Below, piece by piece: positions 18,234 to 28,487 of a stretch of 62,873 bases of DNA. The DNA is from a virus. Lineage: Duplodnaviria; Caudoviricetes. The notes beneath the pieces are model-generated. The model was given only the letters and a program-made list of their open reading frames with translations, made no database searches and was not told the origin of the DNA. The first letter of the stretch is position 1. Every line of letters starts with the position of its first letter. The DNA is taken from positions 1 through 62,873 of the IMG/VR virus record IMGVR_UViG_3300009154_000059, one strand, 5' to 3'. The position numbers and the translations under genes are program-made.

Positions 18234-21077
18234 TTATTGTGAATATTTTTCTAACCATCCTCCTTTTTGTGGAGTGTTGTAATTAGTCCAGTTAGTAAGT
18301 TGGTCTAGGTTAACTAATCCTTTTTGTTCTTGTCTTATTCCATTTTGAGCTAAAGGAGTTTCAATAACATTTTTTGTTCCTTTGCCAAATTTAATACTTT
18401 TTTGTCCAGGTTTCATTAATTTAGTTTCTCCTGTTTCTTTTGATGTTCCTATTAATGGTTCATATACTCCTTCCATTGTAATAAATGAATTAGGGTTTGA
18501 TAGGTTTATTTCTACTTGCTTTCCCCAATTATCAGGATTCCAATATCCATTATTATCTTTAATAATACTTCCTTCTTGAGAAATAGATTTAGGTTTCCAA
18601 TCAAGTCCTTCTTGATAGTATTTCATCTCTCCTCCATTCTGAAATTGTTTTCCTGTATTCTGATAATATTCTGCTTCTCCTTCTATTGAATTAAGATTAG
18701 AATATTGCATAGGATCTACAAACTTTTTAAATATTAATTCATTTGGTACTAATGAAAATTGAGGATTAATCTCTTTAAATCTTTGTACATCAATATCAGC
18801 TTCTCGTTGTTTTCTATTATGATAATTATTAAACACTTCTTCTGTAGAAGTAATCTCTGGTCTTTTTTTCAATCTTTCTTGAAAAGCATAATCAGGATTA
18901 TGTACTATATCAAAGTTAGTTCTGTTATTAGCAAATTGCCAAGCATGTCTATTTTCATGTGCTAGCGTTTTATCTTTTTCTTCTTGAGATTGTATATAAG
19001 GCATATCATATCCAAAATTAATCTCATTAGTTCTTGGATTATAATTTGTTCTTTTTATAGATTGATCATATTTTAAATTAGCAAGAATAGGGTTATTATA
19101 CATATCAATACCATTCTGTGCACTGGCTTTTGTTTTCTTTGCATACTTACCATTACTAGGGGCAGGACTATTTGTTCTTGCATATGTAAATCCTACAGCT
19201 CCTGGCATAGACATCCCTCCTTGTGCTATAGGTTTGTAAGCTACTGGATAAACATATCCTCCCATTTGATAATGAGGAGTCATTGTTCTTGTGTTATATG
19301 GCTCAAGAGCTAAATTTTGTAATGTAGATTCTCCATTAGCAGGATACCACTTATAACTTGTTTCACTTCCTCCTAGATTTTGATTCACTCTATCTGTTAC
19401 ATCATAATATTTAGGAGCAACAAACTTATCTGGAAATATAGGTAAATCAGCTTGTATATTATTGTCAGCATTATATACTACTCCTTCAGGATTTAAATCT
19501 TCTATATTATGTATATTTCTTTTTTGTAAAGGAGGTGTAGGATTATTAAAATTAATATTAGGTTTTACTATTACTGGTTGTTCTGGTTTTTTATTTTTAT
19601 TTAAATAACTTTTAGGAACACCATCCATTCCATATTGTTTAACTCTTTGTATCTTCTCTTTTTCTGTAAGTAAATCAAAAGGTTTATTTGCTATATTGTT
19701 ATAAGAGCCAAAGTTAACTATATCTGAATTTTTTACAATAGTTTTTGAAGTTTTTGGTAAAATTCTTCTGTCAAATAATTGCATAGGAGCATCAATATTT
19801 ATAGCTCCATATGCAATTTCTCTTTGAATATATTTATTTTTATCAATATTTTTTCTATAATCATTTTTTGAAATATTAATATCATACCAATTACCTCCTA
19901 TTATTTTAGAATTGCTATTAAAGTTATTAAAAGCTTTATCATTTTCTTTATGTGTATCTTCAGGTTTAATATTAAAGCTTGATAATCTTGGATAAGATTT
20001 ATACCCTTGTTTTGTTATATAAAAATCTTCTACTTTTTTACTATTATTATATAAAGCAAGACTGTCTTGTCTTGTAGCTTTTCCTCCATTTTGAAATTGT
20101 CCTCCCCAAGCTGGAGATTTCCATTGAGGACCATTAATAGTTCCTTCTCCTACAAATCCTGTAGGAAAACTTACTTGAGAATTATTATAATTTTCTTGAT
20201 GTTCTTGCATTGTTCCACCATCAGCATGTTGCTCTAACCAACCACCATTTTTTTGTTTAGGAATATCCATATATGTTTCAGCCCCAAGTGCTCCTAATAG
20301 TGCTCTATTATAATTTACTCCTGCTATTGTAGAAGGAGCAATTGCATGTGGTAATAAAGTTAATGGAATATAATTACCGCTTCTATTACCTAATGAAGCT
20401 ATTTTATCTGCTATACTACCTGGATTTGTATTATACATATTTCTTGTATAACCTGCATTCTCAATAAACCCAGGACCTATAGCACTCATAGCATTTATTG
20501 TTCCAGAACCATAATTTCCTTCAGAAAAATCATCAGCAGCTTGGTAAGCATCAATACCAGCACCTGCAATATTTCCTATTTCTCCAATTGCTTGAGCATA
20601 TGGGTGAGGAATAAAATTACCTATTTGCATTAAATCTGTAACTACATCTAGTGGAGTTAATACATTTTTTTTAAATTGTTTTTTTACTTCTTTAGCTTTT
20701 CCTTTTTCATCATCATATTTTTTTACAGCTTCAGATCTATTATCTTGAGTTACATAAGTTTGTCTTTTAGCTAAATCTTTTTGTTCATTTTTAAAAGCAA
20801 TAGATTTAGGATGTTTATTAATTCCAGTAGTATGAAATTTTTTTTCATCTTCTTGCTCTTTTTTTAATTCTTGAAGCTGTAACTCAATTCCTTTTTTTTG
20901 TCTAGAGTTTATAGTTTGTGTTCCTTCTTGAACCTGTAAAATATTATCTAGCCATCCTCCATGTTGCATATTAACATCACTCTTTCCACAATTATGACAT
21001 ATATGCATATCTTTCTGACTAGAATCAGATTTATTCCATGTGTGTCCACAACTTTGGCATGTTACTTTTTCTTTCAT
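18234..21077 (-). CDS. Modular virion cargo protein (~947 aa): N-terminal Zn ribbon, GG-delimited modules, zincin metallopeptidase module
   Basis: Start reassigned to ATG 21077 (MKEKVTCQSC...), just past the upstream stop at 21079. Contains CxxC..CxxC, HENRH at 18945-18959 with downstream EGEA, and repeated QxGG/GGWL motifs. Confidence 0.7.
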   Translation of the reverse strand: MKEKVTCQSCGHTWNKSDSSQKDMHICHNCGKSDVNMQHGGWLDNILQVQEGTQTINSRQKKGIELQLQELKKEQEDEKKFHTTGINKHPKSIAFKNEQKDLAKRQTYVTQDNRSEAVKKYDDEKGKAKEVKKQFKKNVLTPLDVVTDLMQIGNFIPHPYAQAIGEIGNIAGAGIDAYQAADDFSEGNYGSGTINAMSAIGPGFIENAGYTRNMYNTNPGSIADKIASLGNRSGNYIPLTLLPHAIAPSTIAGVNYNRALLGALGAETYMDIPKQKNGGWLEQHADGGTMQEHQENYNNSQVSFPTGFVGEGTINGPQWKSPAWGGQFQNGGKATRQDSLALYNNSKKVEDFYITKQGYKSYPRLSSFNIKPEDTHKENDKAFNNFNSNSKIIGGNWYDINISKNDYRKNIDKNKYIQREIAYGAINIDAPMQLFDRRILPKTSKTIVKNSDIVNFGSYNNIANKPFDLLTEKEKIQRVKQYGMDGVPKSYLNKNKKPEQPVIVKPNINFNNPTPPLQKRNIHNIEDLNPEGVVYNADNNIQADLPIFPDKFVAPKYYDVTDRVNQNLGGSETSYKWYPANGESTLQNLALEPYNTRTMTPHYQMGGYVYPVAYKPIAQGGMSMPGAVGFTYARTNSPAPSNGKYAKKTKASAQNGIDMYNNPILANLKYDQSIKRTNYNPRTNEINFGYDMPYIQSQEEKDKTLAHENRHAWQFANNRTNFDIVHNPDYAFQERLKKRPEITSTEEVFNNYHNRKQREADIDVQRFKEINPQFSLVPNELIFKKFVDPMQYSNLNSIEGEAEYYQNTGKQFQNGGEMKYYQEGLDWKPKSISQEGSIIKDNNGYWNPDNWGKQVEINLSNPNSFITMEGVYEPLIGTSKETGETKLMKPGQKSIKFGKGTKNVIETPLAQNGIRQEQKGLVNLDQLTNWTNYNTPQKGGWLEKYSQ

Positions 21078-21078
21078 A

Positions 21079-21945
21079 TTATTTGTAAGAGATTTGAGTT
21101 TCTTGGGTGAGGAATTGGCTGACAAGATGAATGTCAGATTTGTCGTCTAAAATGTGTCTGACTCTAGAATCTTTAGCTCTAAGAGGAGATTTTTTAAAAC
21201 TTCTAGTAGAGTAGTCCATATTACTTTGATTTACTACTTTATCTATAGATAAAGATTCACAAGATGTATTAAATAATGGTACTTGTGCAGATTTATTTAG
21301 TGCCCAGAAAGTGTTATACTGGTAAAAATTATCTGATTTAGTAAATGTTATTGTTTTAGAATCTGTGTTATATATAGGGTAGAGATTATAAGCTTGTAGA
21401 TTATTTAGAGGTTTAGCTACAAGATTAAGAACTCCTGTTGATTGTTGATTATTATATACAATAGCTTTATTAAAATAATCTGTATTTGTCTCCACTTTTG
21501 TATTATAATTAAATACTCCATCTGGTATAGAAAGATATTTAAATGCTTTTGTATAGTCTTTTACAGAGTGAAGAATCTCATCTTGATATTGATAAGAAAA
21601 TGGGTATTCTATAATATAAGGTTCTATTGTACCATAATATTTATTATAGTTTTGTATATCTGTTAAATGTCTCCATAAACATGCTGTTTGAGCTTGTACA
21701 TATTTAGCTTCTGCATAGTCTGTTATAGTAAAGGATGCTAATGGAAATGTTTTAGATGTTTTACATTTACCTGTAGAGGTAAGAGTAATTGTAGTTACAT
21801 CTTGATTTACAGAATATCCTTGTCCTAAAATTAATTGTTTTTTAGAAACATTAGTAGCTAAAGTGACATTAGTATTTGTTGTAATGTCAAAAGGTCCTGC
21901 TTGAGGACCTGCTTTAGTTAGCTTTATTACAATTTGTTTTGACAT
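21079..21945 (-). CDS. C-terminal part of tail stabilisation (muzzle, P22 gp10-like) protein, with an N-terminal small beta domain
   Basis: LWRH..NKYYG..PYIIE..FNKAIVYN resembles the C-terminal region of crAss-like stabilisation proteins. The first ~65 aa are visibly homologous to ORF 32715..32960. Confidence 0.55.
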   Translation of the reverse strand: MSKQIVIKLTKAGPQAGPFDITTNTNVTLATNVSKKQLILGQGYSVNQDVTTITLTSTGKCKTSKTFPLASFTITDYAEAKYVQAQTACLWRHLTDIQNYNKYYGTIEPYIIEYPFSYQYQDEILHSVKDYTKAFKYLSIPDGVFNYNTKVETNTDYFNKAIVYNNQQSTGVLNLVAKPLNNLQAYNLYPIYNTDSKTITFTKSDNFYQYNTFWALNKSAQVPLFNTSCESLSIDKVVNQSNMDYSTRSFKKSPLRAKDSRVRHILDDKSDIHLVSQFLTQETQISYK

Positions 21946-23417
21946 TATACTGTTGTTGTGGTAGTAGTGGTTAATGGTATTTCAGAGGAGAAACAAGTAG
22001 ATATTTGAGATAGAGTATCTGGTATATGAGCTAGTGTTATTCCTTCTACTAATGTATATGGAGAGTTTTTATCTAAACTCCATAGTTTACCTGTATCATC
22101 TATAATAAATATTGCACAATTACATTCATATAAATTACTAGGAGTTATAGTGGAAATAGTTATATCATATTCTATTGTTCCTGTTGGGTAATCATATTGA
22201 GTTAAATAATATATATTTGTGTTTGTATCTAAGTTTAAGAGAATAAGTTTTTTAGTTCCTGTATATATTAAATTACCAATAGGAACTCTATTCTCTGTTA
22301 TAGTAAATTTAGGAGTAACTGTAGATGTTGTAGTGTTGATTTCAGAAACCATTATTCCTGTATTATTAACAACTATAATTGTATCATCATCTTTTGCTAC
22401 TATTCCTGATGTTATTACTACTCCTGAAGGTATAGATATAGATCTATTAAATGTAGCTGAGAATGGTTTAATGTTTATATCCCAAATATTTATTGTAGAA
22501 GTTATACTCCATAAATAATTAGAGGTAAATGCTAAAGCTGTAGCACTTGTAAATCCTGGAATAGTAATAGAGTTCATTATTGTATCATTAGTAAAATAAT
22601 ATACATTATTATCTGTAGCAGATATTGCATCACAACAATCTGTTAATACAGGAGCAGAAGTTGTGGTGGTTGTTGTAGTATTACAATCACATGTAGCTTT
22701 TTCTACTATAACTCCTCCTTGTATATGTAATACAAATCCATTATAAACTCCTTCTTCTGTAAAATACCAACCATCTTCTACTAATGTGCAATCTGTAGAG
22801 TATTGGTCTTTATATATTATACTATTAACATTATAAGAAGCTGCTTGTACAGAGAATCCTTGAGGTACAACTTCTATAGGACCTGCTGCTTTAATTAATG
22901 TAGCTGCATTACAAGCTTCTGTAAAGTTTATAAAAGTTGTAGTAAGTACTCCTGATATTTTATATCCTGTATATAGATAGTTAAATATAAGATTAAAAGG
23001 TCTTTGGCATATAGTTGTAGTTGGTGTAGGAGGCACTGTCATAATAGCTGTAGCTTCTAAGTTGCAACTTGTTTGTATAACTGTTGCAGTTAAGTTACAA
23101 TTAGGGTTTAATGTTGTAGTTGTAGTAGTTATTGGAGGTATTATTCTTTGTGTTGTAGATGTAGTGGTTGTAACTTGTTTATTAGTATCTCCAACTAATG
23201 CTGTAAAATTACCTTCTATATCTGTACAACAACCATTAAGCCCTGAATAAAAGAAATTATTCTCTGCTATATAAAAATTAGGAATATAACTATGGAAAGA
23301 ATTCCAAGATTTTGTATTAACTCCATAAGATATAGTCCAAGACTTATTACAAAAAAAGTCTGGATCTGTTAAATAAACTTGTGTTCTAGTTTTTACTTCT
23401 ATTAAATTATCTTCCAT
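21945..23417 (-). CDS. Middle part of tail stabilisation protein plus Thr-linked beta-rich accessory domains
   Basis: N-terminal NKSWTISY..WNSFHSYIP..NNFFYS segment, then several poly-Thr linkers and a beta-propeller-like region. TAATG coupling to the next gene. Confidence 0.55.
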   Translation of the reverse strand: MEDNLIEVKTRTQVYLTDPDFFCNKSWTISYGVNTKSWNSFHSYIPNFYIAENNFFYSGLNGCCTDIEGNFTALVGDTNKQVTTTTSTTQRIIPPITTTTTTLNPNCNLTATVIQTSCNLEATAIMTVPPTPTTTICQRPFNLIFNYLYTGYKISGVLTTTFINFTEACNAATLIKAAGPIEVVPQGFSVQAASYNVNSIIYKDQYSTDCTLVEDGWYFTEEGVYNGFVLHIQGGVIVEKATCDCNTTTTTTTSAPVLTDCCDAISATDNNVYYFTNDTIMNSITIPGFTSATALAFTSNYLWSITSTINIWDINIKPFSATFNRSISIPSGVVITSGIVAKDDDTIIVVNNTGIMVSEINTTTSTVTPKFTITENRVPIGNLIYTGTKKLILLNLDTNTNIYYLTQYDYPTGTIEYDITISTITPSNLYECNCAIFIIDDTGKLWSLDKNSPYTLVEGITLAHIPDTLSQISTCFSSEIPLTTTTTTTV

Positions 23418-23418
23418 T

Positions 23419-26400
23419 TTAAGCTATTGTAAAATCACATAGTTCAAACCATGTAGACAAACTATTATTATCTGTATTTACTCCTAATACTTCTCCTTTT
23501 ATTTTTAATGTAGTGAATGGATTATCACTAGAGAGAGTTATAACTCCACTACCATTATTTGTACTCAATCCATTAGGTAGGTCTAATAAACAAGTTAATG
23601 TATTACCAGATATTACAGATTGACAAGCATCACAATTTATTATATTACAAGCTATACCATTTGTAGTGAATGTAAATAACTCTTGATATTCTAAATGTGG
23701 GTATGGTGTTCTAGGAAATACACTAGCATCTTGCTCATAGTATACACTATAATTAACTAGCCTTAGTTTAACATTATTTACAGGAACTGCAAAATTTAAT
23801 GTAAAATCTGCTTGTACATCTCCTGTAGCATTTTTACCCATATATAATGTATTAGGTCTATAAGAAGGTAAACAAGCTGGTGTTACATTAGAACCTGGGT
23901 GTAATATAACTAATTTATTAGCATCTGTAGATGTTACATTAATACTTATACCATTAACAGTAAAAGAGTTTGTAGGTAGTGGTATATTATGTACAGTTGT
24001 GCAACATTGTGAAGGTGATTGTGTTGTAGAACTAGTTGTTGTAGTTGTAGGAGTTTGTGGTCCTGGTATATATGTTGTTGTTTCTATATAAAATTCATTA
24101 GTAGATGGATCATATTTAATGTTTGGATCTAATGGAATATAATCTAATTTAGTTATAATAACTCTATCAAATTTAGAATCATAAACTCCATGTAATCCTA
24201 TACCAGTAAAATGATTGTCTATAGGCACATTAGGGAACCATCTAAGTATTTCAAAAGCTAAATGGTCAGTAAAGAATCTATTCATTCCTGATCCCATTTG
24301 AGATAGGTCTTCTATTTGTGTTCCTCTTACTAAAAATACTTGTCCTCTTTTAGCATCTATTGTTATTTGTCCTTGAGGAATTTTTAATAAAAATTTATTT
24401 TGAGAACCTACAAATCCTAAATCTGTTTCTGCAAAATCTACAGGAGGAGTATCTCCAAATATTTTAGTACCTCCTAAATAAGCAGCTTTAGGGTTAGTAG
24501 AATTCATTGTTAATAAAACATTATACAATAATGATTTATTTTCAAATCTAGCTAATATTGTTTTGTTCTCTATACCATCTAAAGATGTTAGTTTTCCATT
24601 GTTTTGAGGAAAATCAAAAAAAGCTGTTGGAGAATAACTTAACCAATTATTTACTCTTACATCTGCATTTTGATCTTGTGCATCTGAGTATATTGCTCTA
24701 AAAGGATAATTAGTGTAACATAGTTTAGACTGCCAGTCTAATGGAAGATGGGAGAAATAATTTTCTTTATTTTGTTTAGAGAAAGTTGGGTTGTAGTGAT
24801 AGGTGTTATCAAAATTAATAGATACAAAATTTTCTTGTACCCAATCATCAGGAATACCTGTTGTAACATGTGGCCAAAAATCCCCTTCTTTATTATTAAA
24901 TGCTTGTCTTAAATCTGTATTATAAGAACTCTCACAATAGAAATTAGGAATACCATAAGCAAATAAGTAAAACTTACCATCATAAAATGTACCATAAGTT
25001 CCTGCTATACCATCAGCATTAGAGTTTGCTATTGTTGCAGGATCTGATGGACAATCAAAATTATGAGCTTTTATAGATATTAAATTCTTAAAGTTTCCAG
25101 AACCTGTCACATAATCAAATAAAATAGATCTAGAAGAATGCCAATACTTAGGATAACCAATATTTCCTAACTCATCATAAAATATTTCTGCATCATCTGC
25201 TGCTCCCACTTTATTATCTGTAAAGAAAGGAACTTTTGTTTTAAATGCAAATCTTGATATATATGTATCTCCTCCAAATGCTGTAAACTCTGGTTTGTAT
25301 GTTGCAGAGTCAAATATTTGTTGTGCTCCTGTATCTATAGTTTGATAAGAGTATATTTGCCCCCATTGATTTGTAATTATATTTTTTAAAGAAGCATAGT
25401 AAGAAACTACTGTTATATCTTTTTGTCTCTCTGGTGTTGTACAATAATTTGCATCAGATATTGTATATCTTGATTTATCCTCTATATAGGGAGTTGCTCC
25501 ATTTTGTAAAGAAGGAGTTTGATTAGGATATAATAGAGCACTTACAGGATTATTGTTTCTAGTTTGTTTTGTTTTTAGATATACAGAAGTTTCTCTTTGA
25601 TAATTGTTCATAGGATTTGCTTCTCCTACAGACTGTATAGCTGAAACAATATATTGTTTATAATCTAACTCTCTTTGTTTATTTCCACTATTAGTAATAT
25701 CTGCAGAGTAGTCATAACTAGCTGTAGAGTTAAAAGAATATGCATAATTCTTTCTTGTAATACCATTAATATATATTTGAAGATATGTTTGGTAGGTTGT
25801 AAACATAGCTGTCAAACTAAAATCAGAAGTAATTGAAGCTATCTCATAAGAAGATTTTAAAGCTACTTGTTGTGCTTCTTTTGTTATAAGTCTATATTTA
25901 GCATTATTTTTAACTTCTACATGATGTCCAAACCCTCCTCCATACATTACATTCTCTAGTTTTAAAACATTTCCTAAAAAAGGTTGTCCAAAAGAAGTTT
26001 CTGGAGAATTAAATATTTGTCTATATGGTTTATTAATACTAGAATTAAAAGAATCTATTGGTGTTTCTTTACTACAATCTAATAAACTTCTTCTACCTAC
26101 TGTAGGATTTAAAAAATCTCCCCCAGGACCCCAATCAGGTGATGTTATACTACTAGAGGTTGTTTTTGTATGATAACTTTCAACAGTGCCTGGGCAAGGG
26201 TTAAAATACCCTTCTTGATGATTATTATTAAATCCTCCGCCCACATCTACTCTAATTTCTCTTCCACAACCTTTAAAACCTGGTAAACCTGCAACAAACC
26301 ATCCTGTTCCACATAAATAATCATTTTTTGGTATATATGTAGTGTTATTATTAGTACTAGGATCTTGCCAGTCTATGTTAAACCCAGAGCAATTAGTTGA

Positions 26401-28485
26401 ATTTACTCTTATAACATCATAATTACCTGGACATACATACATTGTATCAGGATAATTAGAAGTTGGTCTTGTTGGAGAACAAATTTCTCTATATTCATTT
26501 AAATGCATAGGAAAACTAGCGGTTATTCTTCCATTCTCTGCACTTGTATAATTATATGTAGGTTCTGTTCCATCTGGATTTAATTTATAACACCATATAA
26601 TCCAAGGTTTAGATTCTTGTATCCAAGCATTATTATTAGAATCTATAAAAGGATCTACACTTAAATCATTATATGGATAGTTAGGATAATAATAGTCTTG
26701 TTCTTGTCTTTTGTATGTTCCTACATTTCTAAGAATACCTTTTGCTACAATAGATTTATTTGTTCCTCTATCTCCTCTTATTAGTTTAAATCCAACTATA
26801 TCCTCTTTTTGAGATTCTGTTAAGGAAGAAGAATTAATAAGAGATTTTATTTGGTTAGAATCTACTTTTACTCCTAATGGATATACAGCATTATTTTGTG
26901 GAGATACAATATATTTACCATTTACTATTTGAGGTGTTGCACTTTCAAATGCAGGACTAACTAGTATATCTGGAAATTTATGATGTCTTATAGGTTGGTT
27001 AATTAAATCTCCCCATATATCTACAGTACAAGGATAGGTTTCTTCTGATTCCCAATAAGAAAATTCTCCATATTCAAATGGAGTTGCATTTCCTATAGGA
27101 GTTCCTTGAGCTTGTCCTAGTGAATATGCTGTATTATATATTTTCCAATAGGGAGCAGAAGTTCCACTTCCTATATAATCATCATTAGTATTATTAACAA
27201 TAGACAGGTCATTAGGTTGAGGAAGTCTTCCTGGAATATGAAAACCATCTGTTTGTTTTCCATTTCTTAAAAGAAATACAATTTCAAATGCATACACCTC
27301 ATCTCTTAAATAACCTTTAAGATTTGTAGCATTAAATTCATTAGCATAATTTTCATCAGCAGGGAGTCTATAAGACTGCCATTGTAAATGTATTTGAGAT
27401 GCTATTTGTTGATAGTTTATTCTATCTATAGATGTAAGATTATCCCAAATAAGAACATCCTGTACTGCTGTTAAATCTTGTGCTATTTCATAGTAGGGAT
27501 ATTTTTCAGATATATCTCCTAGATTTAATTTTATTGTTGTAACATCCTCTCCTGTATATGTTATTGTTTTAGAAGGAGAAGTTATAGAATATGTACCTAC
27601 TAAATCTACAGATGTAGAAGCATTAACAGTTTTAATTACTGCTAAATTAAAATATCTAAATTCTGCTGTAGTATCTAAATTATCTATTTTTACCACTACA
27701 GATTTTCCAACTTCATAATCAAAATTAAAATCTGTAATATGTGTATCTGCTATAGGGCAAGGATTTGTTACAGAATAAAAAGATGTATATCCATTTCCAG
27801 AAACATCTGAGTATTGAATAGCAAATTGTACTGTACCAGCTTTTAAGTTTCCTCCTGATACAACTTCTATAACAGATAACTCTGGAATAGTAAAGTTAGG
27901 TTGGAGTTTTATTTTATTACAATCTAGATTACCTACATCATATATAGGATTACATAAAGAAGAATTAGGTTGTAATTTCCAAGGAAGATTCTCAGGAGTG
28001 ATGTCCATATATCTTCTAGGATTATAACCATCTGTCCAATATATCTCTGTTGCACAATTACTAATTTTATGTACAGCTTTATGTATTGGATGGTTTATAT
28101 TAAAGTTTAAACACTTAGAAGAAACTAGTGTATGATAGATACAATCATTATTATCCATATATCCAATCTCACTATCTCCTGTAGTAGGATTAGTTATAAA
28201 GAATATATGTTTATTTTGTTCTGCTATAAAATGATTACCTATAAGAAAGAATCCATTAGGAAAAGATAAACAAAACTCATTAGATGGTTCATTTTGATAA
28301 GAAATAGAGTTATTATCAAAGTTCTCAACAGCTGCATTAAGAGCATAACTCACTTGACCTTTTTTAATTTGGTTAATAGAGTTATCCATATTCATACCAT
28401 AAGAAGCTACAGTATAATCTATATTACTGTTGCTTTTATCCCCATCTATGATATTTTTAATTTTATTTAACTTATCGTCAGTCAT
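23419..28485 (-). CDS. Tail stabilisation (muzzle) protein, main part (1688 aa)
   Basis: GMNMD..YALNA N-terminus, IYWTDGYNP, GGDTYISRF, DAKRGQVF and GVYDSKFDRVIITK motifs typical of crAss-like gp10-like proteins. C-terminal Thr linker plus extra domain. Confidence 0.75.
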   Translation of the reverse strand: MTDDKLNKIKNIIDGDKSNSNIDYTVASYGMNMDNSINQIKKGQVSYALNAAVENFDNNSISYQNEPSNEFCLSFPNGFFLIGNHFIAEQNKHIFFITNPTTGDSEIGYMDNNDCIYHTLVSSKCLNFNINHPIHKAVHKISNCATEIYWTDGYNPRRYMDITPENLPWKLQPNSSLCNPIYDVGNLDCNKIKLQPNFTIPELSVIEVVSGGNLKAGTVQFAIQYSDVSGNGYTSFYSVTNPCPIADTHITDFNFDYEVGKSVVVKIDNLDTTAEFRYFNLAVIKTVNASTSVDLVGTYSITSPSKTITYTGEDVTTIKLNLGDISEKYPYYEIAQDLTAVQDVLIWDNLTSIDRINYQQIASQIHLQWQSYRLPADENYANEFNATNLKGYLRDEVYAFEIVFLLRNGKQTDGFHIPGRLPQPNDLSIVNNTNDDYIGSGTSAPYWKIYNTAYSLGQAQGTPIGNATPFEYGEFSYWESEETYPCTVDIWGDLINQPIRHHKFPDILVSPAFESATPQIVNGKYIVSPQNNAVYPLGVKVDSNQIKSLINSSSLTESQKEDIVGFKLIRGDRGTNKSIVAKGILRNVGTYKRQEQDYYYPNYPYNDLSVDPFIDSNNNAWIQESKPWIIWCYKLNPDGTEPTYNYTSAENGRITASFPMHLNEYREICSPTRPTSNYPDTMYVCPGNYDVIRVNSTNCSGFNIDWQDPSTNNNTTYIPKNDYLCGTGWFVAGLPGFKGCGREIRVDVGGGFNNNHQEGYFNPCPGTVESYHTKTTSSSITSPDWGPGGDFLNPTVGRRSLLDCSKETPIDSFNSSINKPYRQIFNSPETSFGQPFLGNVLKLENVMYGGGFGHHVEVKNNAKYRLITKEAQQVALKSSYEIASITSDFSLTAMFTTYQTYLQIYINGITRKNYAYSFNSTASYDYSADITNSGNKQRELDYKQYIVSAIQSVGEANPMNNYQRETSVYLKTKQTRNNNPVSALLYPNQTPSLQNGATPYIEDKSRYTISDANYCTTPERQKDITVVSYYASLKNIITNQWGQIYSYQTIDTGAQQIFDSATYKPEFTAFGGDTYISRFAFKTKVPFFTDNKVGAADDAEIFYDELGNIGYPKYWHSSRSILFDYVTGSGNFKNLISIKAHNFDCPSDPATIANSNADGIAGTYGTFYDGKFYLFAYGIPNFYCESSYNTDLRQAFNNKEGDFWPHVTTGIPDDWVQENFVSINFDNTYHYNPTFSKQNKENYFSHLPLDWQSKLCYTNYPFRAIYSDAQDQNADVRVNNWLSYSPTAFFDFPQNNGKLTSLDGIENKTILARFENKSLLYNVLLTMNSTNPKAAYLGGTKIFGDTPPVDFAETDLGFVGSQNKFLLKIPQGQITIDAKRGQVFLVRGTQIEDLSQMGSGMNRFFTDHLAFEILRWFPNVPIDNHFTGIGLHGVYDSKFDRVIITKLDYIPLDPNIKYDPSTNEFYIETTTYIPGPQTPTTTTTSSTTQSPSQCCTTVHNIPLPTNSFTVNGISINVTSTDANKLVILHPGSNVTPACLPSYRPNTLYMGKNATGDVQADFTLNFAVPVNNVKLRLVNYSVYYEQDASVFPRTPYPHLEYQELFTFTTNGIACNIINCDACQSVISGNTLTCLLDLPNGLSTNNGSGVITLSSDNPFTTLKIKGEVLGVNTDNNSLSTWFELCDFTIA

Positions 28486-28487
28486 TA

